Below are positions 18,905 to 27,833 of a DNA stretch of 64,000 bases, piece after piece. Source of the DNA: Candidatus Actinomarina sp. (lineage in GTDB: Bacteria > Actinomycetota > Acidimicrobiia > Actinomarinales > Actinomarinaceae); contig JBJKUL010000001.1 of the NCBI GenBank assembly GCA_045563135.1, positions 100,731 through 164,730 of the forward strand, in the 5' to 3' direction. The number at the start of each line of letters is the position of its first letter. The first letter of the stretch is position 1. The notes under the pieces are model-generated. The model was given only the letters and a program-made list of their open reading frames with translations. It made no database searches and was not told the origin of the DNA. A program made the translations under genes and the position numbers.

Positions 18905-19825
18905 ATGATAAAAAAATTAACAAAATTTTTTGCAGTAGCAACAGTAATAAAAAATTTAATTGGAACTAAGTCCGATAGCACAGAGGGTTTAACTCAGATT
19001 CATCCATCAAAAATACCGGGTAGGACTGTCTTCATTAGAGAAAAAGAATATTTTATTCGAGAATCACTTGTTGAGAACACACTACCAATAGTGTTTCTTC
19101 ATAGCTGGGGCTCTGACTCTCTAGGCAGTTGGTTCAAAGTTCTTCCCTATTTTCATCATAAAAATTCTTTCATTGCAATTGATATGAAAAATCATGGTAA
19201 ATCAGATGCAAGTTGGAAACGATGGGATGTAGATGAGAATGCAGATATAGTAATAAGCATTTTAGAACAGCTAGGAGTAGAGAAGTGCAACCTAGTCGGA
19301 TGGTCGATGGGAAGTGCGGTGGCACTGAGCATATCAAGAAAAAAAGAAAAATTAATAAATAAAATGGTTTTAATTACACCCTTTAGTTGGCTAGGTGGGG
19401 CAGTCTATAAAGATAAGCCCCTATTTAAAGCTTTTGTAGCGGTAGTAAGGATTAGAGAAAGACTATTTCCAAACATGAACTCAAAATCAAAATACTCACA
19501 TCTTCGTAAAACAGGTGCATTAGAAAATGAATATACAGACTGGGCCTGGAATAATTTACATAAATCAAAAGATGATTTTATATATGAAGACGGAGGTAGG
19601 TATGTCGTTCCTTATGACGCAAGACCTTGGTTAAAAGAAATAAAGACTAAAACACTTGTAATTACAGGTGGAAAAGACAATTTAGTTCCAGAAGAGACAT
19701 CTCAGGATGTAATTAAGAATTTAGAAAATGTTAAGGAGCTAATTTTTGATAATGCTGCTCATTCTATTCCATGGACACATGATCAGGAATTAATCGATGA
19801 ACTAGAAGCATTTTTTAAAGAATGA
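18905..19825 (+). CDS. Alpha/beta-fold hydrolase (esterase/lipase-like)
   Basis: HSWG oxyanion-type motif, a GWSMG nucleophile elbow (GxSxG) and a C-terminal His. Confidence 0.7.
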   Translation: MIKKLTKFFAVATVIKNLIGTKSDSTEGLTQIHPSKIPGRTVFIREKEYFIRESLVENTLPIVFLHSWGSDSLGSWFKVLPYFHHKNSFIAIDMKNHGKSDASWKRWDVDENADIVISILEQLGVEKCNLVGWSMGSAVALSISRKKEKLINKMVLITPFSWLGGAVYKDKPLFKAFVAVVRIRERLFPNMNSKSKYSHLRKTGALENEYTDWAWNNLHKSKDDFIYEDGGRYVVPYDARPWLKEIKTKTLVITGGKDNLVPEETSQDVIKNLENVKELIFDNAAHSIPWTHDQELIDELEAFFKE

Positions 19826-20949
19826 AGAATGTCCTTTTTATAGCACCGACTACATACAAGCTTCCGCTAGATGATAACATGCAAAAAAAATTCGAGTTTT
19901 TATCACAAGTTTGCAAACTTAATGTTGTTGCATTTGCAAACGAGAAGAAGGAAATAAAACTAGAAAATGGAGATTTATATTTTTATAAGAAAACATCAAA
20001 CAGGTTTATTAACTACTTTAAAATAATCTTTCTTTCTCTCTTCTCTATTTCAAAGATAATAAAAAGAAAAAAAATAGAGGTAGTTTCATTTCAGGACCCA
20101 GTATCAAGCTTTCTCTCAATGTTTATTATCAAGATGAGACATAAAAATATAAAAGTTATAGTAGAAACACACGGAGATTTCATAGAGACACTAGGTTTGG
20201 AGAAAAATTTAATTTTCCCTAGAATCTATAGAAAGTTGTTCATAAAACTTGCATCATATACCATAAAAAATGCAGATATTATAAGAGCGGTTTCATCCTC
20301 GACAGAAGCTCAAGTTCAAAAAATGAATAAAACAAAAAAAATTGTAAGATTCCCAGCGTGGGTCGATTTTGACGATTTTAAAGACATAGAAATCAACAGA
20401 GTCAATACAACATTTCAAATTTTGTTTATAGGAAGCGTCACAGATAGAAAAAAACCGCACTTAATCATTGAAGCCATGAAGCTTTTAAAAAAAGAAAATA
20501 TAGAACTTCTTATTGTAGGGCCAATGCCGAATGCAAAGTATCTCAGTTTCTTAAAAAATTTAATTAGTGACCACGGACTTGAAGCAAACGTTAAATTTTT
20601 TGGTGAAGTTGATCGAAAAGAAGTTAAATCCTTTTATTCAAAAATTAATTTAATGATACTTCCTTCAGTATCAGAGGGTCTTGCAAGAGTAATATTTGAG
20701 TCACAAGCTACAGCCTGCCCAGTTCTAGTGACAGATGCACCTGGAATGGGAGATATTGTAATTGATGGTCAAACAGGTTATGTATTTGAGAGTAATAATG
20801 TTGAAAGTTTGGCAAAAAAAATCCAGTATATTGAAGAAAATTATGATGAAGCAATGCATGTTGGAAGAAACGCTAAGGACTTTATTCTGAATAATTATTC
20901 TGCTGAAAACTTTAAATTTAGCTTTAAAAAGATTTTTGATACAGTTTAA
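19822..20949 (+). CDS. Glycosyltransferase family 4 (GT-B, retaining)
   Basis: The C-terminal domain carries EGLARVIFESQATACPVLVTD...GQTGYVFE, the EX7E-type GT4 motif. Confidence 0.75.
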   Translation: MKNVLFIAPTTYKLPLDDNMQKKFEFLSQVCKLNVVAFANEKKEIKLENGDLYFYKKTSNRFINYFKIIFLSLFSISKIIKRKKIEVVSFQDPVSSFLSMFIIKMRHKNIKVIVETHGDFIETLGLEKNLIFPRIYRKLFIKLASYTIKNADIIRAVSSSTEAQVQKMNKTKKIVRFPAWVDFDDFKDIEINRVNTTFQILFIGSVTDRKKPHLIIEAMKLLKKENIELLIVGPMPNAKYLSFLKNLISDHGLEANVKFFGEVDRKEVKSFYSKINLMILPSVSEGLARVIFESQATACPVLVTDAPGMGDIVIDGQTGYVFESNNVESLAKKIQYIEENYDEAMHVGRNAKDFILNNYSAENFKFSFKKIFDTV

Positions 20950-21009
20950 ATAAAGCAATCTTAAGGTATTTTTCTAATAATTGTCTACCCTTATTGCTAT
21001 TCTTGAATC

Positions 21010-22029
21010 ATGGAAATTGTAATTTACGCATTGAACATAGTACTTATGTTTGTAATTATCTATATCGTTTCTCGAAAAGACGAAGTTGTTGAAAAAGATG
21101 ATGAGTATTTAATTAAGGGAATAGTAAGTGAGCTAATTGAAAATGAAGAGTCTCAAATCTATAAGCTTCTTGATAAATCAGATAGAACTGTAAAAGACTT
21201 TTTAGAAAAAACAGGAGAAATTAAAAGTTCAATTAGTGGAGTAGACCAACAAACTAGAAATCTTATATCTGTACTTAACAACAATCAGAGTCGAGGTCAA
21301 TGGGCCGAGTTTCAAGTAGAAGATTTACTCAGCATCATGGAATATAAAGATGGAATTCATTACGAATCCCAAAAAATCATGAAAAGTGGAAATAAGCCTG
21401 ACTTTACATTTTATTTACCTGATAATAAAACAATCAATATGGATTCAAAGTTTCCCTTGAATTTATATATGCAGCTATCAAAATTAAATCTTGACTTAGA
21501 AGATGAAACCTTAGACGAAATTTCAAGAAAGCAAATTACTGATAGTATAAAAATTAAAAATAAAGAATTTATCGATAAAGCAATTAAAACTAAAATCGAT
21601 GAAACTTCTTCAAGGGAGGGATACATTTCACCGGAGGAAGACACCGTAGATTTTGTATTAATGTATATACCTCTTGAAAATTTGTATCACTTTCTTTTAA
21701 CATCTGAAATTGGTGCAAACAAAACACCTGTAATTCAATACGCTTTTGCAAAAAAAGTTATTTTAGTAAGTCCTCAAACACTTATGGCATATTTAGAGAC
21801 TATAAGGCATTCAATGAAGTTATTTAGCTTGCAGACTGATACTAAGAATATTCTCCTGGCACATGAAAAAGTAAAGAACGAAATCAGCAAATTTATAGAA
21901 TCTTTTGATGATGTTACAAAAAGATTAGATCAAACAGTAGAATCTTTCGAAAAACTAAAGACTACTCGAAAAAATAAGCTAGAAAAATCATTTGAAGAGT
22001 TAACTGAAATCAATAAAAAAGTTGATTAA
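21010..22029 (+). CDS. rmuC: DNA recombination protein RmuC
   Basis: N-terminal TM, coiled coil and an RmuC core (NKPDFTFYLPDNKTINMDSKFPLNLY). Confidence 0.7.
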   Translation: MEIVIYALNIVLMFVIIYIVSRKDEVVEKDDEYLIKGIVSELIENEESQIYKLLDKSDRTVKDFLEKTGEIKSSISGVDQQTRNLISVLNNNQSRGQWAEFQVEDLLSIMEYKDGIHYESQKIMKSGNKPDFTFYLPDNKTINMDSKFPLNLYMQLSKLNLDLEDETLDEISRKQITDSIKIKNKEFIDKAIKTKIDETSSREGYISPEEDTVDFVLMYIPLENLYHFLLTSEIGANKTPVIQYAFAKKVILVSPQTLMAYLETIRHSMKLFSLQTDTKNILLAHEKVKNEISKFIESFDDVTKRLDQTVESFEKLKTTRKNKLEKSFEELTEINKKVD

Positions 22030-22035
22030 TACTTT

Positions 22036-22428
22036 TTAGTAATTATCGATTAGTCCCGCTACAACCATGATGCATTTATCATCAATATAATTTTTATTTT
22101 CTGATTTAAGAAAGTTTGAAATTTCTTCACTTTCTGCACCTGGCTGATACCAAAAGTTGTCATAGCCATTGGCGACAAGATCTTTTGTAATTTCAAATCC
22201 TACACCTGGCGGTACCACAAAATTAATTATTGAGGGACATTCAGCAATCTCTTTAACATCTTTATGGACTTTGATACCCTGAATTTCATGTTCTTTAGTG
22301 TTTATAGGTAAAACTTCATGTCCTTTATGTTTGAGATCGAGTAGTATTTTAAATCCGTACTTACTCTCGTCATTACTTGCTCCGATTAGCGCAATTGAAT
22401 TAGTTTTATCTTTTAAAAGTTCAATCAA
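22036..22428 (-). CDS. CoA-binding domain protein (YccU/YneT family)
   Basis: IALIGASNDESKYGFKI....VLPIN, the CoA_binding_2 pattern. Confidence 0.7.
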   Translation of the reverse strand: MIELLKDKTNSIALIGASNDESKYGFKILLDLKHKGHEVLPINTKEHEIQGIKVHKDVKEIAECPSIINFVVPPGVGFEITKDLVANGYDNFWYQPGAESEEISNFLKSENKNYIDDKCIMVVAGLIDNY

Positions 22429-24228
22429 TTAGAAATTTTCAGATTTAATACTGTATAAATCTTCTTTACCAGCTTTGATTGAAGAAGTATATCCTGATGC
22501 CAGAGGTAATAATTGTTCCATGTAGAAATTAGAAAGAGTAATCTTATCCGCATAGAACTCATCATTAGTATCTTCAAACTTTTTCTTAGCTAGAATTGCA
22601 GCTTTAGCCATGTAATAACCGCCGATAACTTGGCCAAACATTTTCATGTAAGGGGTTGCTGCAGAGCTAGCATCTACAAGCTCTCCTTCAAGCATTTTTC
22701 CACCCAGCCAAAGAGTTACCTCAGATAAATTAGTGACTTCTTTATCTAAAAGAGAAGCCATCTTTTGTAAGTCCTCATCCCCAGTTTTCATTGTTTCAAT
22801 AGTTTCATTTACCTCAGATAACAAACGTTGCATTGCTTGACCTCCATCTAAAGGTAATTTTCTAAACATGAGATCTAATGCCTGAATACCATTAGTCCCC
22901 TCATAAATTGGCGCAATTCTTGCATCCCTTAAGTATTGAGCTACCCCAGTTTCTTCAACATAACCCATGCCTCCATAGACCTGTATCGCAATTGAGCTTA
23001 GCTCAACACCAAGATCAGAAACCCAGGCTTTAGTAACTGGAGTTAGTAGACCACACCTTTCTTCACCAAAAGATTTAGTTTCTTCATCTTCTGCAAAATA
23101 CTCTAGATCCATCATCAACTGATTATCATACATAAGATATCTCATGGCATCCGTATATGCCTTCATAGTCATAAGCATTCTTCTTACATCTGCGTGATCA
23201 ATGATTGTTGATTTCTTTGCATCTTCCTTACTCATTCCTACAGGTCTTCCTTGAACACGATCACGTGCATATTGAGCCGCACCTTGAAGTGCAGGCACAG
23301 CACAGGAAAGTCCTTGACCGCCAACCCAAACTCTGGCTTCGTTCATCATTGTAAACATGTAGGTTAAACCTCTATTTTCTTCTCCAACTAAATAGCCTAT
23401 AGCACCTTTATCTCCACCATATTCCATAACACAAGTCGGACTTGCATGAATTCCTAATTTTTCTTCGATAGATAAACATTTAACTTCGTTACGATCACCA
23501 AGAGATCCATCATCATTAACCATAAATTTAGGGACAATAAACATAGAAATCCCCTTAGTTCCCTCTGGTGAACCAGGTACTTTAGCTAGAACTAAATGGA
23601 TAATATTTTCTGTCATATCATGTTCACCAAAAGTGATCCATACTTTTGTACCAGTGATGCTATAGGTACCATCTTCGTTTTTCTCAGCTTTTGTAGTGAT
23701 TGTTCCCAAGTCGGATCCAGACTGTGGTTCACTTAAATTCATTGTTCCGGTCCACTCTCCAGAAACTAATTTTGGAAGAAATTTATCTTTTTGTTCCTGA
23801 CTTCCATGAAAGTTGAGTGCTGATATTGCTCCTGCACTCAAACCTGGAGCTAGTCCAAAAGCAAGATTTGCAGAACTAAGTATTTCTAATGTTCCTCCTG
23901 ACAAAACTACAGGCATTCCTCCACCACCTATTTCTGATGGGAGAGAGATTGATGACCAACCAGCCTCTGCAAATTTCTTATAAGCATCTACAAAACCATC
24001 AGGCATTGTTACCACAGAGTCTTTGATTGTTGCTCCATTTTCATCACCGATGGCATTTATTGGAGCTAAAACCTCTTCGGCAAATTTTCCACATTCTTCC
24101 ATAGTCGGTATAACTATGTCTTCAGAAAAGTCACTAAACTGGCTAATTTTTGACAGAACATCATAAGAGTTGATTACTTGATATCCGAATACGATGTCTT
24201 TTATTGGAGCTTTATAATTCACAGCCAT
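22429..24228 (-). CDS. Long-chain acyl-CoA dehydrogenase (FadE-like, with C-terminal extension)
   Basis: 599 aa with ACAD N/M/C domains (GxxG, YGGMGY..E active-site region) and a C-terminal helical extension. Confidence 0.85.
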   Translation of the reverse strand: MAVNYKAPIKDIVFGYQVINSYDVLSKISQFSDFSEDIVIPTMEECGKFAEEVLAPINAIGDENGATIKDSVVTMPDGFVDAYKKFAEAGWSSISLPSEIGGGGMPVVLSGGTLEILSSANLAFGLAPGLSAGAISALNFHGSQEQKDKFLPKLVSGEWTGTMNLSEPQSGSDLGTITTKAEKNEDGTYSITGTKVWITFGEHDMTENIIHLVLAKVPGSPEGTKGISMFIVPKFMVNDDGSLGDRNEVKCLSIEEKLGIHASPTCVMEYGGDKGAIGYLVGEENRGLTYMFTMMNEARVWVGGQGLSCAVPALQGAAQYARDRVQGRPVGMSKEDAKKSTIIDHADVRRMLMTMKAYTDAMRYLMYDNQLMMDLEYFAEDEETKSFGEERCGLLTPVTKAWVSDLGVELSSIAIQVYGGMGYVEETGVAQYLRDARIAPIYEGTNGIQALDLMFRKLPLDGGQAMQRLLSEVNETIETMKTGDEDLQKMASLLDKEVTNLSEVTLWLGGKMLEGELVDASSAATPYMKMFGQVIGGYYMAKAAILAKKKFEDTNDEFYADKITLSNFYMEQLLPLASGYTSSIKAGKEDLYSIKSENF

Positions 24229-24267
24229 TGTTTTATTTTACTATATTCTATAAAGAACGCGTAATTT

Positions 24268-25116
24268 TTACCTAGGAGTAACTTCAACTAATTCTGATAT
24301 TTCTTCAATCTTTTTAAGTGTTGGCATATCATTAGTTCCAGCAGTGATTGCTCCAGCTGCACAAGCATTTTTGATAGTTAGGATAATATCTTCTACTCCA
24401 TGGGCAGCTATATAAGCCGCTGTAGCATCACCGGCTCCTGTTGAATTAATAGTTTTAAAATCAGGAGGAGTTATTTCAACCGCACCCTCTGAGCTTATTA
24501 ATCTAGCAGGTAGATTTGAGTGAGTAAGTAATATTCTCGATACTAAATCTTGATTTAGTAATTTTTCAGCTTCAACAACGTCTATTTCATCTTTACTAAC
24601 AACTAAGAAATCAATCTTATAGTCTATTGTATGTTCATAACCTGCTTGAACAACAAAAACGCCACTATCGGTTATTTCAGAGATATTGTCTTTTATATGT
24701 GGAATAGAATACCTGTCAATAAGTAAAGAGTCATAGTCTTTAATCCCTTTAATTTCATTCCACGTGCACTTAGAGTAACCAGATGAAATTATGGTTCTTT
24801 CGCCATCTTTGTCAACAAAGATAGAGCAGGTAGGTGTTGGCAATTCCGAAAAGAGTATGTTTTCATGAGATATGTTTTTCTTATCTAATTCATCTATCAG
24901 ATAAGAGCCTAATGAGTCTTTACCTATGCTATTGCCAAGTACTGACACATCTATTCCCCAATTAGCAATATTTTTTGCACAGTTAATAGCAGTCCCACCG
25001 GCACGAATTTGATAATCATTGCCTCTAATATCTCCTCCAGCAACCGGAAGGTCATCTATAAAATAGATGAGATCTGGATTAAGTGTTCCGTAGCAAAGTA
25101 TCTTTTGATAACTCAT
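24268..25116 (-). CDS. PfkB-family carbohydrate or nucleoside kinase
   Basis: N-terminal GG motif and a C-terminal STGAGDATAAY (GAGD) ATP-binding motif. Confidence 0.7.
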   Translation of the reverse strand: MSYQKILCYGTLNPDLIYFIDDLPVAGGDIRGNDYQIRAGGTAINCAKNIANWGIDVSVLGNSIGKDSLGSYLIDELDKKNISHENILFSELPTPTCSIFVDKDGERTIISSGYSKCTWNEIKGIKDYDSLLIDRYSIPHIKDNISEITDSGVFVVQAGYEHTIDYKIDFLVVSKDEIDVVEAEKLLNQDLVSRILLTHSNLPARLISSEGAVEITPPDFKTINSTGAGDATAAYIAAHGVEDIILTIKNACAAGAITAGTNDMPTLKKIEEISELVEVTPR

Positions 25117-25159
25117 AACTTTAATATAATGTATTAAAAATAAACTGAAAGAAAGAAAA

Positions 25160-25525
25160 ATGAAAGTAGCCTATGTCTTAAACTCACCAAATGCAGCAAA
25201 TTATAAAGTTGGGGAGATGATACTTCCGCAACTAGAAGCTGGTAACCATGGAGTAGATGTTGTTGGAATTTTCTTTTTTGATGACAACACAATGTTACTT
25301 CAAAAAGGAAACCCAAAAGGAGAAAGGCTAGCAAAAATAGCAGCTGAAAAGGGAATGCTTTTAATGATGTGTGACCAATGTGCAAACCAAAGAGGTTTAG
25401 CTACTGAAAATGCTGATGGAGGCTACACTCCAGAGGGAACTGTTGAGGGAGTAGCAGCAGGTTGTTTCCCAGACTTATACCAAGCATTATCAGGCAATAT
25501 GCCCGATCAAGTCATATCTTTATAA
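25160..25525 (+). CDS. DsrE/DsrF-like (YchN-fold) sulfur-relay family protein
   Basis: 121 aa. It has the MKVAYVLNSP...GVDVVGIFFF.D pattern and a CDQC motif typical of the DsrE family. Confidence 0.6.
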   Translation: MKVAYVLNSPNAANYKVGEMILPQLEAGNHGVDVVGIFFFDDNTMLLQKGNPKGERLAKIAAEKGMLLMMCDQCANQRGLATENADGGYTPEGTVEGVAAGCFPDLYQALSGNMPDQVISL

Positions 25526-27487
25526 CTAAACTAAACCACTTATAACAGCTGTAAGGATGAGGATTATTAAATAGCTTATTAGTCCTCCTCCTATGGCAGC
25601 ATATTTCATAGTTTTTGATATTGAGCTTGGACCAACTAGATGGTACGCAAGAACTCCGAAAAATGGCACCAAAAATACTAAGGCTAGCCACATATATCTT
25701 CTACCACCCGAAACCTGATTATTAGTGTTCAAATCATATAACGCTAATGCTGTCCATGCTGCATAAAGCACAAAAGGCATTAAATAGCCATATAGTTGAA
25801 ACAATAATTGCCAAATACTTGGGCTTGAAATAGGCACTCCACTCATTATTATCTCCTTTTTAGCTTCAAATAAGTTATTTAAATCCTCGTCTACAAGATC
25901 GTATGGAAGTTCCATAGTGTCAATGCTAGGAACGTAAAACAGGTTTATAGCTGGGCTAGGGGTTTTAATATTATCAAAAGTCATATTGAGTTGCTCTTTA
26001 GGCCACGGATATTCCTTATATCTATTCTTGTCTAGTTCTTCATTTTGAGCATCTGCAAAAAATCCAGCGAGCATCATTAATCCTGATACGTCACCTTGTA
26101 GGGGAAACCTGGAAAACAAATTGTCATTTTCTAATGATGAACAATTATGTAGTTGCTCAAGAAGAGGAGGTGTCGATGTTTGATAGATGTTATCTTCATA
26201 GCAATTCCCCGGACCCCACGGACCTGCCAATGCCAAATCAGTATATCCTGAATCAAGAACCAAGTTCTCTTTAACTTGGACGTGTTGGGAAAAATAGAGT
26301 TTTGCATCCAACATAGGACTTGCAACTATTCCATATTTATCATGATTTATAACAATATTTTTCTCAATAATATCTCCAACTCTTCCGGGAACAACAATTC
26401 CCATTCCACGTGCAACAAGTCCAAAACGATTTGTTGGTGCATCATAATTATTATTGTCTACAACTAAGTTGCTGATAATTGTTGTTTCTCTACCTGGTGG
26501 ATTTAATTCTGAATCAAGTGTATTTGGAACTATACCTGACATATTATCTCGCCAAATATTTCTATATAAATAAAGGTGTCCACCTGCATTAGTTCCTGAG
26601 TATCCAAGTGCATTTCCTTCAACAACGTTATCGTAAATTAATGAATTACACGGATAACATTGTCCAATGTATATACCACTATCAGGATGACCAGAGGCAT
26701 AAATGTTATCAAAAACTCCATCTGTAGAGTCGAATGCATATACTCCATAATCACCATTGTTATAAACTGTTAAGTAAGAGCCTTTAAATCCTTTTGAACC
26801 GTTCCAATAGACTCCATTAAGTGAAAAATTTCTAACGGATAAGTTTTCAACACTAACTCCATCTGTGTCATAAATCTGAATACCATTCTCTCTCATAAAT
26901 TCACCATCAACAATTACAGAGTTTCTATTAGTACCTCTAATTGTTAAATAATCAGTTGTTATAGTTACACTTTCGTTATATACCCCAGGATTTATTAAAA
27001 CTAGGTCACCTTCTAGTGCTGAGTCAACAGCTTCCTGAATTGTGTTAAATTGCTTATTATCTCCTACTTCAAGCACATTGCTGCTAAGTTCTACAACAAC
27101 CTTTTCTACAGGTGCACTGTACTCTACATCGCCAACAATGACGGTTCCAACCATCCCCTTATTATTTGTACCGTGATATGGGCAATAATATTCGTATACC
27201 CCTGGCTCCTCAAAAGTATATTCATATTGGTCACCTTTTGTAATAATTCCATATTCAAAGTAGTCAGATGAAATAGCCTGCCACGATCCATCACTAGCAA
27301 TTACATTATGGTTATTTGACCCACCTGATTCCCATATCACGGTTGAGCCAACTGGAACATTGATGACTTTGGGAGAAAATTCATCATCAACTATTCGAAT
27401 CACTAATGGTTCCTCAGAGGAAGCATCTCCAGCTCCACAAGCTAAAAGGAGAATGGAAAAAATGAATAAACTTAGAACTTTCTTCAC
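25526..27487 (-). CDS. Lipoprotein with a type-1 cupredoxin (plastocyanin-like) domain, a NosD-like right-handed parallel beta-helix and a C-terminal PLDc_N-like TM anchor
   Basis: Lipobox LLLACG. Blue-copper ligand set in NNHNV...YYCPYHGTNNKGMVGTVIV. Repetitive beta-helix region (NLSVRNFSLNGVYWNGS, YGVYAF, NVVEGNALGYSG). The C-terminal WLALVFLVPFFGVLAYHLVG plus TM helices is PLDc_N-like. Confidence 0.6.
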   Translation of the reverse strand: MKKVLSLFIFSILLLACGAGDASSEEPLVIRIVDDEFSPKVINVPVGSTVIWESGGSNNHNVIASDGSWQAISSDYFEYGIITKGDQYEYTFEEPGVYEYYCPYHGTNNKGMVGTVIVGDVEYSAPVEKVVVELSSNVLEVGDNKQFNTIQEAVDSALEGDLVLINPGVYNESVTITTDYLTIRGTNRNSVIVDGEFMRENGIQIYDTDGVSVENLSVRNFSLNGVYWNGSKGFKGSYLTVYNNGDYGVYAFDSTDGVFDNIYASGHPDSGIYIGQCYPCNSLIYDNVVEGNALGYSGTNAGGHLYLYRNIWRDNMSGIVPNTLDSELNPPGRETTIISNLVVDNNNYDAPTNRFGLVARGMGIVVPGRVGDIIEKNIVINHDKYGIVASPMLDAKLYFSQHVQVKENLVLDSGYTDLALAGPWGPGNCYEDNIYQTSTPPLLEQLHNCSSLENDNLFSRFPLQGDVSGLMMLAGFFADAQNEELDKNRYKEYPWPKEQLNMTFDNIKTPSPAINLFYVPSIDTMELPYDLVDEDLNNLFEAKKEIIMSGVPISSPSIWQLLFQLYGYLMPFVLYAAWTALALYDLNTNNQVSGGRRYMWLALVFLVPFFGVLAYHLVGPSSISKTMKYAAIGGGLISYLIILILTAVISGLV

Positions 27488-27516
27488 AGGTACATTTTAG
27501 CAACTATTATTGGCAC

Positions 27517-27780
27517 ATGGATAGTAAAGTATGGGCTTGTCCCAAGTGCAACACATCATCTGTGGTGATTGCAAAAAAAGACAAAGACAGAAGCAGAGAT
27601 TCAATTTCTCAACCACATACAAGTGAAACAGTTTCAATGACAAGTGGGGGTTTTACTAAGTTTTTCAATGTTCAAAATCAAAAGTTCTTAGTTATTACAT
27701 GTAGCAAATGTTCATATTCAGAATTTTATCGTTCTGAAGTTAAGGCTTGGGAGTCTATAATCGACTTTTTTGGTAACTAA
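27517..27780 (+). CDS. Zn-ribbon nucleic-acid-binding-like small protein (DUF2082-like)
   Basis: CPKC ... CSKCSYSEFY, two Cys pairs flanking a low-complexity linker. Confidence 0.5.
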   Translation: MDSKVWACPKCNTSSVVIAKKDKDRSRDSISQPHTSETVSMTSGGFTKFFNVQNQKFLVITCSKCSYSEFYRSEVKAWESIIDFFGN

Positions 27781-27833
27781 ATTTAAAGATCATTTTTTTA
27801 ATATTTTATAAAATATAAGAACCCTATACTTAC

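Noticed and set aside
25160-25525. DsrE-like gene as a possible selenoprotein (DsrE-like is a known selenoprotein family)
   Set aside because: The ORF is complete from its ATG with no in-frame TGA. Both positions of the redox motif are Cys (CDQC). It is a Cys-type homologue.
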